From NCBI GenBank assembly GCA_045837725.1, contig JBEWZL010000276.1, positions 186,001 to 250,000 of the forward strand: a DNA stretch of 64,000 bases. The letters are read 5' to 3'. The notes under the pieces are model-generated. The model made no database searches. It had not been told where the DNA came from and saw only the letters and a program-made list of their open reading frames with translations. This stretch comes from Vermamoeba vermiformis (Eukaryota). Position 1 is the stretch's first letter. Every line of letters starts with the position of its first letter. Positions 1-11,784 of the stretch are shown here, one piece after another. The position numbers and the translations under genes were made by a program.

Positions 1-717
1 AAATTCATTGCCCCACAATCGCAGTGCCAATCGCCCGGTTTGAAATTAGTACTGCTGTTGACTACTTGACTCGCCATATTGTTGTTACTGGATACATTTT
101 CTTCGCGAATCACATCGGAGTTCGATATGATCGCCGGTTGATTGGCGTTTGAACTGGGCTTTGCTGTACCGCACTTCCTGCACTTCTGAGAATAATTGGC
201 AAGTTAGAATGGTAACGGTACTATTGTAAGTGCTTACTGTCTTTAGAAGCAAATACTAATCCATTACATCCCGGACAGTACCAATCGCCAGGTTTTTGGT
301 TTGATGAAGCCTGGATCCAATAATCGTAAATACTTATTTCTTTTGAAATTCGAAAGTGTTTACCTGTCGTCTATTTGCTAAGCCACTTTTGTAAGTACCA
401 CATTTGCATCCTGGTGATATTTAGTTAAAAAATCTTTTTAGATCTTTGTCAACTCACGATCTTTTGAGGCGAACACCAATCCGTTACAACCAGGACACTT
501 CCAATCGCCTCCGTTCTTTCTTTTAGACGATCCGCGTTTGTATCCACACCTGCATACTGTAAACTAATGAATGAGATCAAGTCGCGGAGTTCGCTTCGAA
601 TCTTACAAGACGGATCTTTTAATTAAAAGTCGACTCACCTCCCTTTGACGCGAAAACCTTGCCTTTGCAGCTAGGACAATACCAGTCCCTAACCTCAGGT
701 ACGTGTCTCGAAGACAT
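1..717 (-). CDS. Tandem RanBP2-type zinc finger protein (3' end runs off the window)
   Basis: Spliced from ATG 717: DWYCPSCKGKVFASKGVCRC, GDWKCPGCNGLVFASKDRCKC, PGDWYCPGCNGLVFASKDKCRKC, PGDWHCDCGAMNF. These match the W-x-C-x2-C-x4-FA pattern. One extra base near 184-185 is needed to keep frame. Confidence 0.8.
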
Positions 718-1202
718 ATATCTTGTTGGAGTAGATCTCTTGGTTAATACGGAGAAACGAAAGTAATTGAATAGTTCGCCTTTATGCCAGCGAAACCCTG
801 GATTATTCGCATAATTTTACGAGTCCCTTACAATTGATTGGCCAATTATTTTTAGAAATGTCCCGGGACCGAAAGTACACAAAATTTGTACGACAGAAGA
901 TCAGAGAAATGTACAACGTTTATGAAACAAATATTACAAGGGTTGTAGTACATGCATATTCACATATTGATTGGTAATGTCGTTTGGATGTGGGTGATAT
1001 CTTCGTGAAGTGTGGTGGGAGTGAGTTAGATGTGGGGTGTAGTTCTGTACATTCTTGTTCGTGTCTTATTTACAGTTGTGGGTTGTTTGTTTTTGTTTTC
1101 GCTACAATTAGTGCCGCTGCTTAATTCGACACTAATAGCGCTAATAAATATCGTATGGTGTTAGAGTATTAAATAAATAGCCGTCATGCGCCCTTCGTGT
1201 CG

Positions 1203-3996
1203 TTAATACAAAGGGAACAAATTGACGTTGTTGCGGTTCGTGCCAAGTGGACCAGGGCCAGTGGGACCTTTGTCTTGCTTGCTGAACGGTTGATCGTACA
1301 TGTATTCTATCTTCTCAAAGTCCACGTCGCTGTCATCGTCCTCCAGACTCGCAAAACTGTCGCCGCTGCTGTTCAGATTGTGCGGCACTGGCAGTGCCGG
1401 GTGCACTTGTGCTGGTGTTGTGAACATGCGCTCGACGATCAGATCCGACAACGAGCCAATCTCGCGCGGTGTGGTCAACGAGCCAGTTGTGTCTGAGGAG
1501 TCCGCGAGAGCTGTCAACTGCGTCATCTTCGCGTTGTTGTTTTGTGACGTGACAAGTGACGCTGGTCCGCCGCCAGTGATGCTCGACATGAGCTGCGAGT
1601 TGGTGTTGTTTGACGCGATCAACATGCCCGTGGGACTGTCACTCGCGTTACTCGCAGTCAAGTCTTGCTTTGAACGCATCAGTCGCAACGAAGCATCGCT
1701 CACGTCGAGTTTGATGCCGTCATTGCTCGACTTGATCGGGAACGGCTTCAAAATCTTGTCGTTGTTCGCTTGCGAGGCGTCACAGCGCAGCTGGTCCGCT
1801 GGTCCCTCGTTACTTGCCACTGACGCGGACCGAGTCAACGTTCGGTCAATGTGCTGCGTCGACGAGCGAGACATTTCGCCTACGTCAGGCAGCAGTGTGG
1901 TCAATGTGTCAGGCACGATTTTGAGCTGTGGAGGTGGTTCGACTAATTGCGGGCACAACGAGCTCGGCAAATATTGGCCCCAGAACTGGTAGAAATGTTC
2001 ACGGGCATTGAGCTCACCTGTATAACATCCCATTATTAGCGTCACTATCTTTCATATAAAATTATCACCAATTGTATTCAAATAATAATAATTATGATAG
2101 TCGCGACGTCAAATTTTCGACTTTTCTGACGTGTCAACATAGGTTTCAAATAAAATTGATAGAAAAATCAATGGCAAGACTGTCACTTACGTTGATGCAC
2201 GGCGTCCAATTCGGCTTGATACTTCTGCACTATTTCTTGCATTCGCGCAATCTCGCTGCGACGTCGTGCGATCTCGAACAACATCTCGTGATAACTGACC
2301 GCAAACATTTGGTAGAACATGGAGAGCTTTTTCAAATCGGCAAACAGCGGCAAATACCCGGCTTTGTGTTGTTTAAACTGATCTTCGAGGTATTTAAGCT
2401 CCTGTGCTATTTGTTTGTTCGATTGACCAAATTTGTCGAGCAAATCCGTAACCGACTGGCACTGCAAAAAGATGCCATCGTACTTCTTAGATCTGTTTTC
2501 AAATTCGTGGAAAATTGCTTCAATGCGCTGCAAACAGTCGTAGATTTGCGACACTTGGCCCGACAGCGCTGTTGTGGCTTGTTGAAATGGAGATAAATCC
2601 ACTGAACCGGATTTGGCTTTGTTCCTGCAACACAAAAATAAGATTATGTGATACTAGCCTATTATATCACTTCTTATAAATGTAGGGTCATTATTCGTCA
2701 GCTAAACCGTTCAGTGAAACGAATTTGGAAGAAATTTCAAAACACCGCGAAAAAGAAACAACTTTGCAAGCGTTAGCTGAAAATAAGCACGAAAGAACAA
2801 TAGTACTATAATTGATATATAGTACTTACTTAATAGCAAAGCTTAATCTATCGTAATGCGAGGCAATTGTCAACGTCAGCGCATTGATCGCGTTCAGTTC
2901 ATTGGTTTGGATCTCTAACTTTTCATCTGTGTCCGGTAATCGATGGTCTATATCAATGGTGTCAATATTGGTATAACAATGACATCGTTAAGTCAAATTT
3001 ACCTGATGTAGCGTTGGTGAGCACATCCCGAGAATTATTGGCAACGTATTCGTATTTGGCTTGCATTTTTCGGATGCTGTCGCGCAAATAGCTGCTGAGC
3101 TTCTATATAACGCAAATTTCTTAGTAAGAGTTCATTAAGTGAATGAGGAGCCCGGATCCAGAAACGGCGGGCTTTATTCCGGATGTGAATTCAGCAGACT
3201 TTTAGACCGTGGATTGACGTGTGATTTGGTAAAGATATTGTATCGGCGGTTGCCATTAAATTGAAGGAATAATATTCAATTTCAAATTCAAAATAAAATT
3301 TCAAAACCAAATCTGACTTACTTGTAGCTCAGCCATTTCTTGCAATGCTTCGTTCCTTCGCTCGTTAAGCTCTTCGATTCCGACCCAATCATACAATGTA
3401 TACGTGCGTTCTGATTCAGGAATGCTTGGCGGCACGTTTTGATAAAGCGTCGGGTGGATTTTCTTCTTTTTCAAAACGGATAAGCTTTTGTAAAGCTTCT
3501 TCATGATATCTGAATCGGAATCAAACAGCTTGTCTACCTCTTGAGCAAGTGTAGACCACTGAGTCGTCGTTTGGCGATGTAATTCTTCGGCATCCTGGAT
3601 CGGAAATTAATTAACTGGCTTGTACGAGGGAAATGATAAGTGACTGATGGATTTCGCAGGTAAAATCGTCGTATATTTAATGCGTGTAATTAATTTCTTG
3701 GAGTTGAGTATTATTTCGAATTTTTTATGAAAATAGAACGAAATACAAAGACAAGTATTCAGATGTGATTTCAAACTTACGTGGATTTGTTTCTTCAACA
3801 CGGAGGCGATTAATTCTATGCTTTGGTGAGAGTTTTGTATTTTTTGAACGTAATCCGTAGTCTTTTTAGCTATAATTTTAGCTTTATCAAAATATAATTT
3901 CGCGAGCTTGAGCGCTTTTGCAGATCTGTTCAAAAACTCGATTGGCTGCCCTTCTTTATCGCTCTCTTCTCTAGCTATGGTGTCTTTTGACTCCAT
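1203..3996 (-). CDS. ATG17: Atg17/Atg11-like autophagy scaffold (APG17 domain)
   Basis: Six exons splice in frame with GT-AG introns. Motifs TLYDWV, SYHEMLFEIARRR and FYQFWGQYLPSSLCPQL match the APG17 C-terminal pattern. Ser/Thr-rich tail. Confidence 0.7.
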
Positions 3997-5009
3997 TATA
4001 TTATATTACAATCTATTTTTCGTTTGGGAAATGTACAATGTTCGTAGGTGGTTCAAATGTGGTGTTCTGGATGTGGTATTCGTTCAATTACTAGGCTGTA
4101 TGTATAAGTGCAAGTATTGTAAAATATGTCATGATGGCTCTTGTGGTGTTCACGAGGCAAGTTTTGTTTGGATTTATTAATGCGTCACACGCAACAAAAA
4201 AAACGCTTGGAAATTTGGATGAAAACAAGATTGCTGGCAAATACAGCGAGCGAGCTGACTCATGATCGTATCTTTTGTGACAATTCTTGCGAAAATGATT
4301 GCAGTTGCGTATCATTATCTCTTGTAATCTTAAAAAAGCGACATCTGGATGCGGCTCAACCTCAAAGTAAAGATTCGCTCTTAATAATAGTGAGTATCTT
4401 TTTAATTCAACGCTAAGAATTTTAAATTCGTAATCACTGATTCATCGTGGCTCGAGACGCCTTGTTAGAACGAGTTTGTAACGGTCGCATGATCTGGCCG
4501 AAAGAGCCAATTAGAGCGAGAGAATAAACTCGCACAAATCAAAATCAATTTTCAGCATATAAGTACAAGAGTTCTCAATCGTAGCGCGTGCAATCAAAAT
4601 TAAGCAAATTTCAGATTCAATTCGAATGTTGTCGTTACGTTTATACGGAGCTCTTTATGACGGTTTTATCGTCGTTCAATTAATTACCTTGCAAAGATAG
4701 CGTTACCGTGTGGTTATTAAATTCGGAGATGACCATAGTGCATAATCGAAATTTTCAGTGAAGTTGCAAGATCTAGCATTCACTTTTTTGTCCGTTACAA
4801 ACAATTGAAGTTCATTTATGCGGGTTAAATTACAGAAGTTATTGTGCACCTCTCGCGTGGTTATTGTGTAAAGTAAACAATTTGAGACTGAAAATCACCG
4901 GACAAAAAATTTTCTCTATTTATCTTATTATTTGCGCTTATAAACATAGTACGTGCACGGTATAGCTATTATAAATCGTATAATTAACTAAATTGCGTTA
5001 ATAGCAAGC

Positions 5010-8000
5010 ATGAGTTATCATTACGAAGACGACGCGGAGTATTCGACGTCCTTGACCTTTTCAGAGGGTCCTGGCCTTCTGTCTCATAAGCCTCTTCTCT
5101 TTGACATCTCGTGGGAGGTCGCTAGGTACGTATAAAAGATAATAAATCGATTTACTGCTGCAGATATTTTGCTATCAATCAAAAATGCTAATTTATTTTA
5201 AAATAATTCAGAAAAGTTGGTGGTATTTATACAGTCATGGTATCCAAGGCTTTGATTACAGTCCAAGAGTGGGGAGACAGGTAAATTATTATTTAAATAA
5301 GCCACAAAAGTTTTTCTTAATGCTTTTGCAATATTATTGTCTCGAAATTATCAAATAAGATAAAAATGCCGTAATTGGCGTATGCACGACAATTATGTAT
5401 TGCAAAATATCACGGGAGGCAAAATTAGCTGTAAAAATACAGCCAACAAGTTAGATTTCTGAAAGTTTCAGACCCGATCGTAGACATTGTCCCATTGCTA
5501 ACTCGTACTTAGATATGCGCTTATTGGTCCCTATAATAAAGCATCAGCTGCACAAGAGTTCGAGCCGATTCCTCCCAGTCAATTGGTCACCGAAGTTCTC
5601 GACGATCTTAAGCGCAAGCACGGAATTATCGTTTATTTCGGTCGATGGCTCGTTAAAGGTAAAAAATTATTAATATTACAGGTCTACTTCTCGTGCATCA
5701 TTTTTACGAGGTGACTTTTCATTCAAAAAACTTTCTTCTGTCAGATTTCGTTCGAGATCTGACTTGGAAGGCAGTAGAATACTCCACCTATAATATGATA
5801 AATAACAATACGATTTATGCATTATATAACCATATTAATTCTTATGTTTAGGCTATCCTCGTGTCTTTTTAATTGACACCAACTCCTCAATGCACAATTT
5901 GGGCAAATGGAGATACGAATTAGAAGCTGGATTTGAGGTAGGTCTAGTAACGCCTATTTTAATACCACATTCATTAATATTGCGGACTTATTCTATCACA
6001 TCGTATTCATTCGTTATTTTGTAGGTCTCGCAAGATTTTGAAACAAATGAAGCCATCGTATTTGGCTATCAAGTCGCTACTTTCCTCGAAGAATTGATCA
6101 AGCGCACTGAAGACAGACCGATTGTGGCTCATTTCCACGAGTGGTACGTTTATATTTAACTATTCCCCACATCGCGTTAATTATTCCGCTCCTGCTGACG
6201 CACCAATTGTTCTATTCTATTCTAACTATAATATATGTATATAACGGTGGTCTGTCTATATAGGTTGGCAGGTGTTGGCTTAATCGTTTCAAAGAGACGT
6301 AATTTGCCCGTGGCTACTTTGTTCACCACTCACGCGACATTGTTGGGACGGTAAGTCATCGTAACGCGTTAATATATAGATTACTCGATGATGTTAGCGG
6401 TCACGCGATGTCTTCAAACAATGATTTGGGTGCAAGCACGGGACCGTACACATTTGACACTTTGACACGCTTTGAGACCCAAACAGTTCAACTGATGTAT
6501 TCGTCTTAGTTACATGGCTGCTGGTCGTGTCGATCTCTACAACCGCATTCAACACATCAATGCTGACCAGGAGGCCGGCACGCGTCAAATCTATCACCGT
6601 CACTGGATCGAAGTCGGTGCTGCCCGTGGTGCGGATGTGTTTACTTCAGTCTCAGAAATTACTGGCTTCGAAGCTGAACACGCTCTTGGCCGCAAGCCCG
6701 ACGTTATCACCCCTAACGGCTTGAATATTGAACGATTTGAAGCTGTGCACGAGTTCCAGAGTTTGCACAAGAAGTACAAGGACAAGATCCAAGATTTTGT
6801 GCGTGGTCATTTCTACGGCCACAATCTCGATTTGGACAAGACAATTTATTTCTTCACTGCTGGTCGTCGCGAGTATTACAACAAGGGCGTGGACTTGTTC
6901 ATCGAGTCGATGGCTGAACTCAACTTTTTGCTCAAGCGCGACAACGTCGATATTAACGTCGTTGCTTTTATCATTATTCCTGGAAGCACTAATAACTACA
7001 ACGTCGAGTCTATTAAGGTACGTCAAGATCCGATCTCAAAAAAATTAATTTTGAAAATAGGAGAAAAGATTGCCATATTTAACCTTCGTTCAAATGTTAA
7101 TCAATATTAATATAGGCTCAATCTGTTCGTCGTGAGATTCGCGAGATCTGCAACAAAATTGTAAAGAAGATTTCTGACCGCATGTACGACTCAATTATGG
7201 AAGGAGAAATGCCCAACACCGATAATTTATTGACGTAAGTGTCGTTGTTATATTATTACCTCGTATATTAAGTGTTATACAATCATAGGCAAGAAGATAT
7301 AGTCAATCTTAAGCGTCGCGTACAAACAGTCAAGCAACAAGGCTCTGTGCCTCCAATTGTCACTCACAACGTCATCAATGACGAAAAAGATGGTAATAAT
7401 ACTATTGATGGCAATATTAACAAGCACGTCGTATTAATTTTTTCATTTTCTTGCAGAGATCTTGAACCACTTGCGCACGTGCCGATTGTTCAATCAAAGA
7501 GACGACAAGGTCAAAGTTATTTACCACCCTGAATTTTTGAACGCTACGAGCCCTATTTTCCCGTTAGGTAAGCCTTATTGGTACTCAATTCAAATTCTTC
7601 GAGGTTATCTCGTGCTTCGTTTGTTTCGTTCGCGAGATGAGGTGCAGTTCTTGTTAGTTGAGTTAGATCGGAATCGCAAGTAGTGACCTCCGTTTGAACT
7701 TGGGGTCGCTTTCGGGCACGACCACACTAACAAGAATGCACCGCTTCCCGTCCGATCAGCGAAGTTAAGCTTGTTCAGGCCTTCTTAGTACTGGGGTAGG
7801 AGACTACCTGGGAATCGGAGGTGTTGTGCTCTTCTCTTTTTTGCTTCTGTCCCTTCTATTTTTTGCCTCGAGGGCTATACTTATTATTCTCTGGATATTC
7901 GGAACGTACATTTTTTTTTTGGAGGCGCTCTTCCAAACTTGTTAGCGTGTCTTTGCTATTGGATTAAAGGAGCATCTTTACTAACGACGTATTGTTATTT

Positions 8001-8548
8001 TATATAGACTACGAAGAGTTCGTGCGAGGTTGCCACATGGGTGTGTTCCCGTCATACTACGAGCCTTGGGGCTACACTCCTGCTGAATGCACAGTGCTCG
8101 GTGTACCTTCAATTTCAACCAACTTGACGGGCTTTTCAAACTTCATTTGCCACAAGGTCAATGACCCTGAGTCCTATGGTATTTACGTCGTTGATAGAAG
8201 GTAAGATCCGGATTCGATCCACAAACGAACACTACCATTATTTCAATATTTTACTCATATAATATTAATGCGTATCATGCTAATGGATATATTATTAGAT
8301 TTAAGAGCTTCGAGGAGACCAAGAAGCAGATGGCGAATGTCATGTACCGCTTCTGCCACTTGACTCGTCGCCAGCGCATTGAATTGCGTAACAAGACTGA
8401 AAAATTGTCTAATTTGCTTGACTGGAAGACTTTGGGCAAGTACTACGTCAAGGCTCGCAATTTGGCTTTGCGAAAGGTTTTCAATACTGAAATGCCCGTA
8501 CCTGAGTTCTTCAGAGAAGAAGAAGAGAAGGCACAAGAAAATCTCTAA
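5010..8548 (+). CDS. GYS: Glycogen synthase (GT3 family)
   Basis: Multi-exon and splices cleanly. Motifs [68 protein letters not shown]. Confidence 0.97.
7714..7832 (+). rRNA. 5S rRNA: 5S rRNA gene inside glycogen synthase intron 7568-8007
   Basis: About 119 nt, GGGCACGACCACAC...GCACCGCTTCCCGTCCGATCAGCGAAGTTAAGC...TTAGTACTGGGGTAGGAGACTACCTGGGAATC...GTGTTGTGCTC. The ends pair as helix I, box A and box C-like internal promoter elements are present, and a T-run follows. Confidence 0.95.
7837..7842 (+). terminator. RNA polymerase III oligo-T terminator of the 5S gene
   Basis: TTTTTT a few nt after the 5S 3' end; further T-runs near 7859 and 7911. Confidence 0.7.
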
Positions 8549-8979
8549 GAGTATTATTTATATAGCCTCTTATTTGATGTTATAGAATCAACAAGCCTGT
8601 TCATAAACGAATAATTTTTGAGACCACATCAAAGTAGAACAACTTAGCATATCACATTAACCTGTAGTACTTATCGACTAATATTACCCGATTCAACCTT
8701 CTAGTTGGAAGGCGATCCGCGGGTTTGCTTTCGGATCTGGACAAGTTTTCGGGATCCAGCAATTCCTATGCATACAATATTGTCTATCGCGTTGACAAAC
8801 GTTGAACTGACCCGATTCAAATTTCTTGGGTTGGGCAGCAATCTTTGGATTGTTTTAAGAGTGCTCCTATATTGTTTTCATGAAATGCACTTTGATTTTC
8901 GTTTCATTTTTCTGACAATCACAGCGAAGAGCAACAATACTCAAATTGTAAATTGCAATATTAACAGCTATAAATTAAA

Positions 8980-10052
8980 ATGGACCCATTTTCAATGAAG
9001 CCGTTCAATTTCAAGAAGGTAAGTAGCTACTCCGATCCGTCAAGGAACCTTCTCGAAACACAATTACGTTCTATAATTTTTTAAATAGGCGCATATAATC
9101 TAAACACACTTATACAATCACTTTTCATACACTAATGATTTATTGCTAATTATTTAAATTATTTAGTGGATCGACGAACATCGTGACCAACTAAAGCCAC
9201 CAGTGGGTGCCACTTTATTATTCAACGAAGGATGCTTTGTGATTATGGTCATTGGAGGTCCCAATTCACGTATTGACTATCACATTAATCAAACAGAGGT
9301 AGAACCAAAGTGACTCTTGATCCGTAGTACTCAACTAACGAATGATATTGCAGGAATTTTTCTATCAAATTGAAGGTGATATGGTGTTGAAGGTCATTCA
9401 TAACGGCGAGTTCAAAGACATTCCAATCAAAGAAGGCGAAGTGTTTTTATTGCCCGGCAAGGTCCCTCACTCGCCTCAACGGTAAATTACAGCCTATTTA
9501 TAATAATCACCTATAATACCTCGAAAAATAATCGAAATCAAACATAAAAAAGCTTATTGACAATAATCCATGAGGATCCCGTTGATAACTTTATGCCACA
9601 ACGGTTCGATAATACTAACGCTGCGTTATATTTTAGTTTCCCGAATACAGTTGGTCTCGTGATTGAAAAGCGACGAGATGTAGGAGTCCACGACGCATTG
9701 CAATGGTACTGCGAGAAAACTTCATGTCGCAACCTCTTGTACGAAGAGTCATTCGCCGTAAGTGCTACTACATCAATATACCACGCATAAATAGTATAAA
9801 TTGAGTTGAGCCAATGCCAGCACTTGACGACGTTACACCTGTCAAACATCAAGTTTAATTTGTCGTAGAAAAGTTCCTTTAAATTGACACGATACTGATC
9901 GTTTGTTTATCATATGAATATAGTCCACATCGCTCGACTTGGGTGGCATTCTCTCAGTGATCATTAAGAAATTCTTTGCCAGTGAAGATTTGCGCACGTG
10001 TAAGAAGTGTGGCCACGTGACACAGTTGCCTGCCTCAGCAAAGTCTTCTTAA
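8980..10052 (+). CDS. HAAO: 3-hydroxyanthranilate 3,4-dioxygenase, short fungal/bacterial type
   Basis: Five exons: [62 protein letters not shown], plus Cys pairs YCEKTSC and TCKKC. Confidence 0.95.
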
Positions 10053-10645
10053 ACGATCGATGGTAATCTATCCTTATCGAGCACTTGTTAATTAAATTCA
10101 ACTTATCAAAGTCAACTTTACATCTCTGCATTTAGCAGCGCTCAAAATACATTTAATGACACGTGTCATTTGCGTACATTAATTTGCTCCGCGCTTTTTG
10201 ACAAAAAATAGTCCACCTGTCACTTATAAGGGTACTATTAGATCACCTCTGCGATTGGTTTCGATGCTAATAGCGGATCCAGGTGCCGCGAACTCGCTTT
10301 ACTAACGCGATTATATGATGTCAGCAAGCATATTGCCTAATTAAGATGCAATTAAATGCTTTTTTTGCATTCGGAGCACGGTTAATAACACAAATTATAC
10401 CTTCCATTTTAAGATCCGATCACCGGATCCATGTTATCGATAAACAATTCATTGACGCATGCTTTGCTATTAATGAGCGTGCTATGCCACCAAGTTGGAT
10501 ATTATCTGAGGTTGGAGATAGCAATGTTTCAGAAAATTGGCCCTAAAGTATAAAATCGTTTAGGAGTTTGTTCCCGATGAATATAAAATCTAAAGAAGTA
10601 AACTTCTATCAAAGATAACAAGTAGTATAGGATGAAGACCACAAC

Positions 10646-11458
10646 ATGCTTGGCTACACGATGGCTTTAATACTTTTTGTTCTAGCACTGTTTTCACTGT
10701 TGGCAGATCCGTGTTTAGGAGCGGCAGTTAATAAAGTGTATAGCGATCCTGCATGTCAAAACCTCGTGGCGGAATATAGGGTATGTCATTTACATCCGCA
10801 TTTATTACACCTTGAATTTAATTCGTCAAGCCAAATTGAAGCAATATTAGTATAACTAATTTAATGTATGACAGACGGTAAAGAGTTTCTCTCCCTGCTT
10901 AGACACCACTTGTATGCCAGTAGGAAGCCAATGGATTACCTTTACATGCTCGGACGAGCTCAATGCGACATTTGAAGGGCATCCAACTACTGCCGTTTTT
11001 TATTCCGATAGTTCTTGCAATCAGATCCGCGAAATGGTTGCACGTAAGTTCATTAACGTCCCTCTCGCGCTCTCTAGTAGCATATACTTATAAATTCGAC
11101 AGTGTTTTCGAGCGACGTCACGTGCATTAATCTCGCCCTTGGAGCTTCTTTCTCTGTTACCAACAACTGCAACAGCAACACCAATAGAAATGTAGTATTT
11201 GGCATTTATGCAGCTTTGGATTGCTTATTAACGAATTTTGGCAACGTAACGACAACAGAGACTTGCGTTAAAGAGGGTGGCGCATCGGATGTAGTCACCT
11301 GTGCATCCTCGACACCAAATAATAGGTCACCAGCACTTATTAGTGTACCTGTAGCATTAGAGGAAGGTCAGTCAAAAGAAAATTCAGCGACTGCTTCGCG
11401 TGTTGTACAAATATCACAAATTTTTACTTTTATTATTCTGTGTATAATATTATTTTGA
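10646..11458 (+). CDS. Small Cys-rich secreted, probably GPI-anchored surface protein
   Basis: Three exons in frame. Signal peptide MLGYTMALILFVLALFSLLA, repeated YSDxxC motifs, hydrophobic C-terminal tail IFTFIILCIILF. Confidence 0.7.
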
Positions 11459-11784
11459 ATGTACATAAATATGATGTTACTATAATTTTAAATATATGGC
11501 AGACCAATTACTTACAGAAAATTCGCAATACCCGATCCGGATTTAACACGCTTGCTTCGATCCTCAATCAAATTTGATGCTTTACTGCCATAATAAGTTG
11601 CTCCATGTCAAGGATGCATGAGGACTATACTATTCCAGTGCTTGCCTTTGGTTCATTGGGATAGGACAAAAAGTGCGGTGTTATTCTATTCTATTAATGT
11701 GCAGCAAATCAGCACCATTCAGTGCCTTGTAGATAACAAATATTACTAGTGCAGTAATATTAGGTGGCGAATGGCAACTGCAAC

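Noticed and set aside
3997-5009. Possible gene in the 1-kb divergent spacer between ATG17 and GYS
   Set aside because: Short ORFs lack motifs or a consistent splice model; treated as promoter/UTR.
5659-5851. Possible H/ACA snoRNA (two hairpins) in a GYS intron
   Set aside because: No correctly placed ACA box and the first stem is weak.
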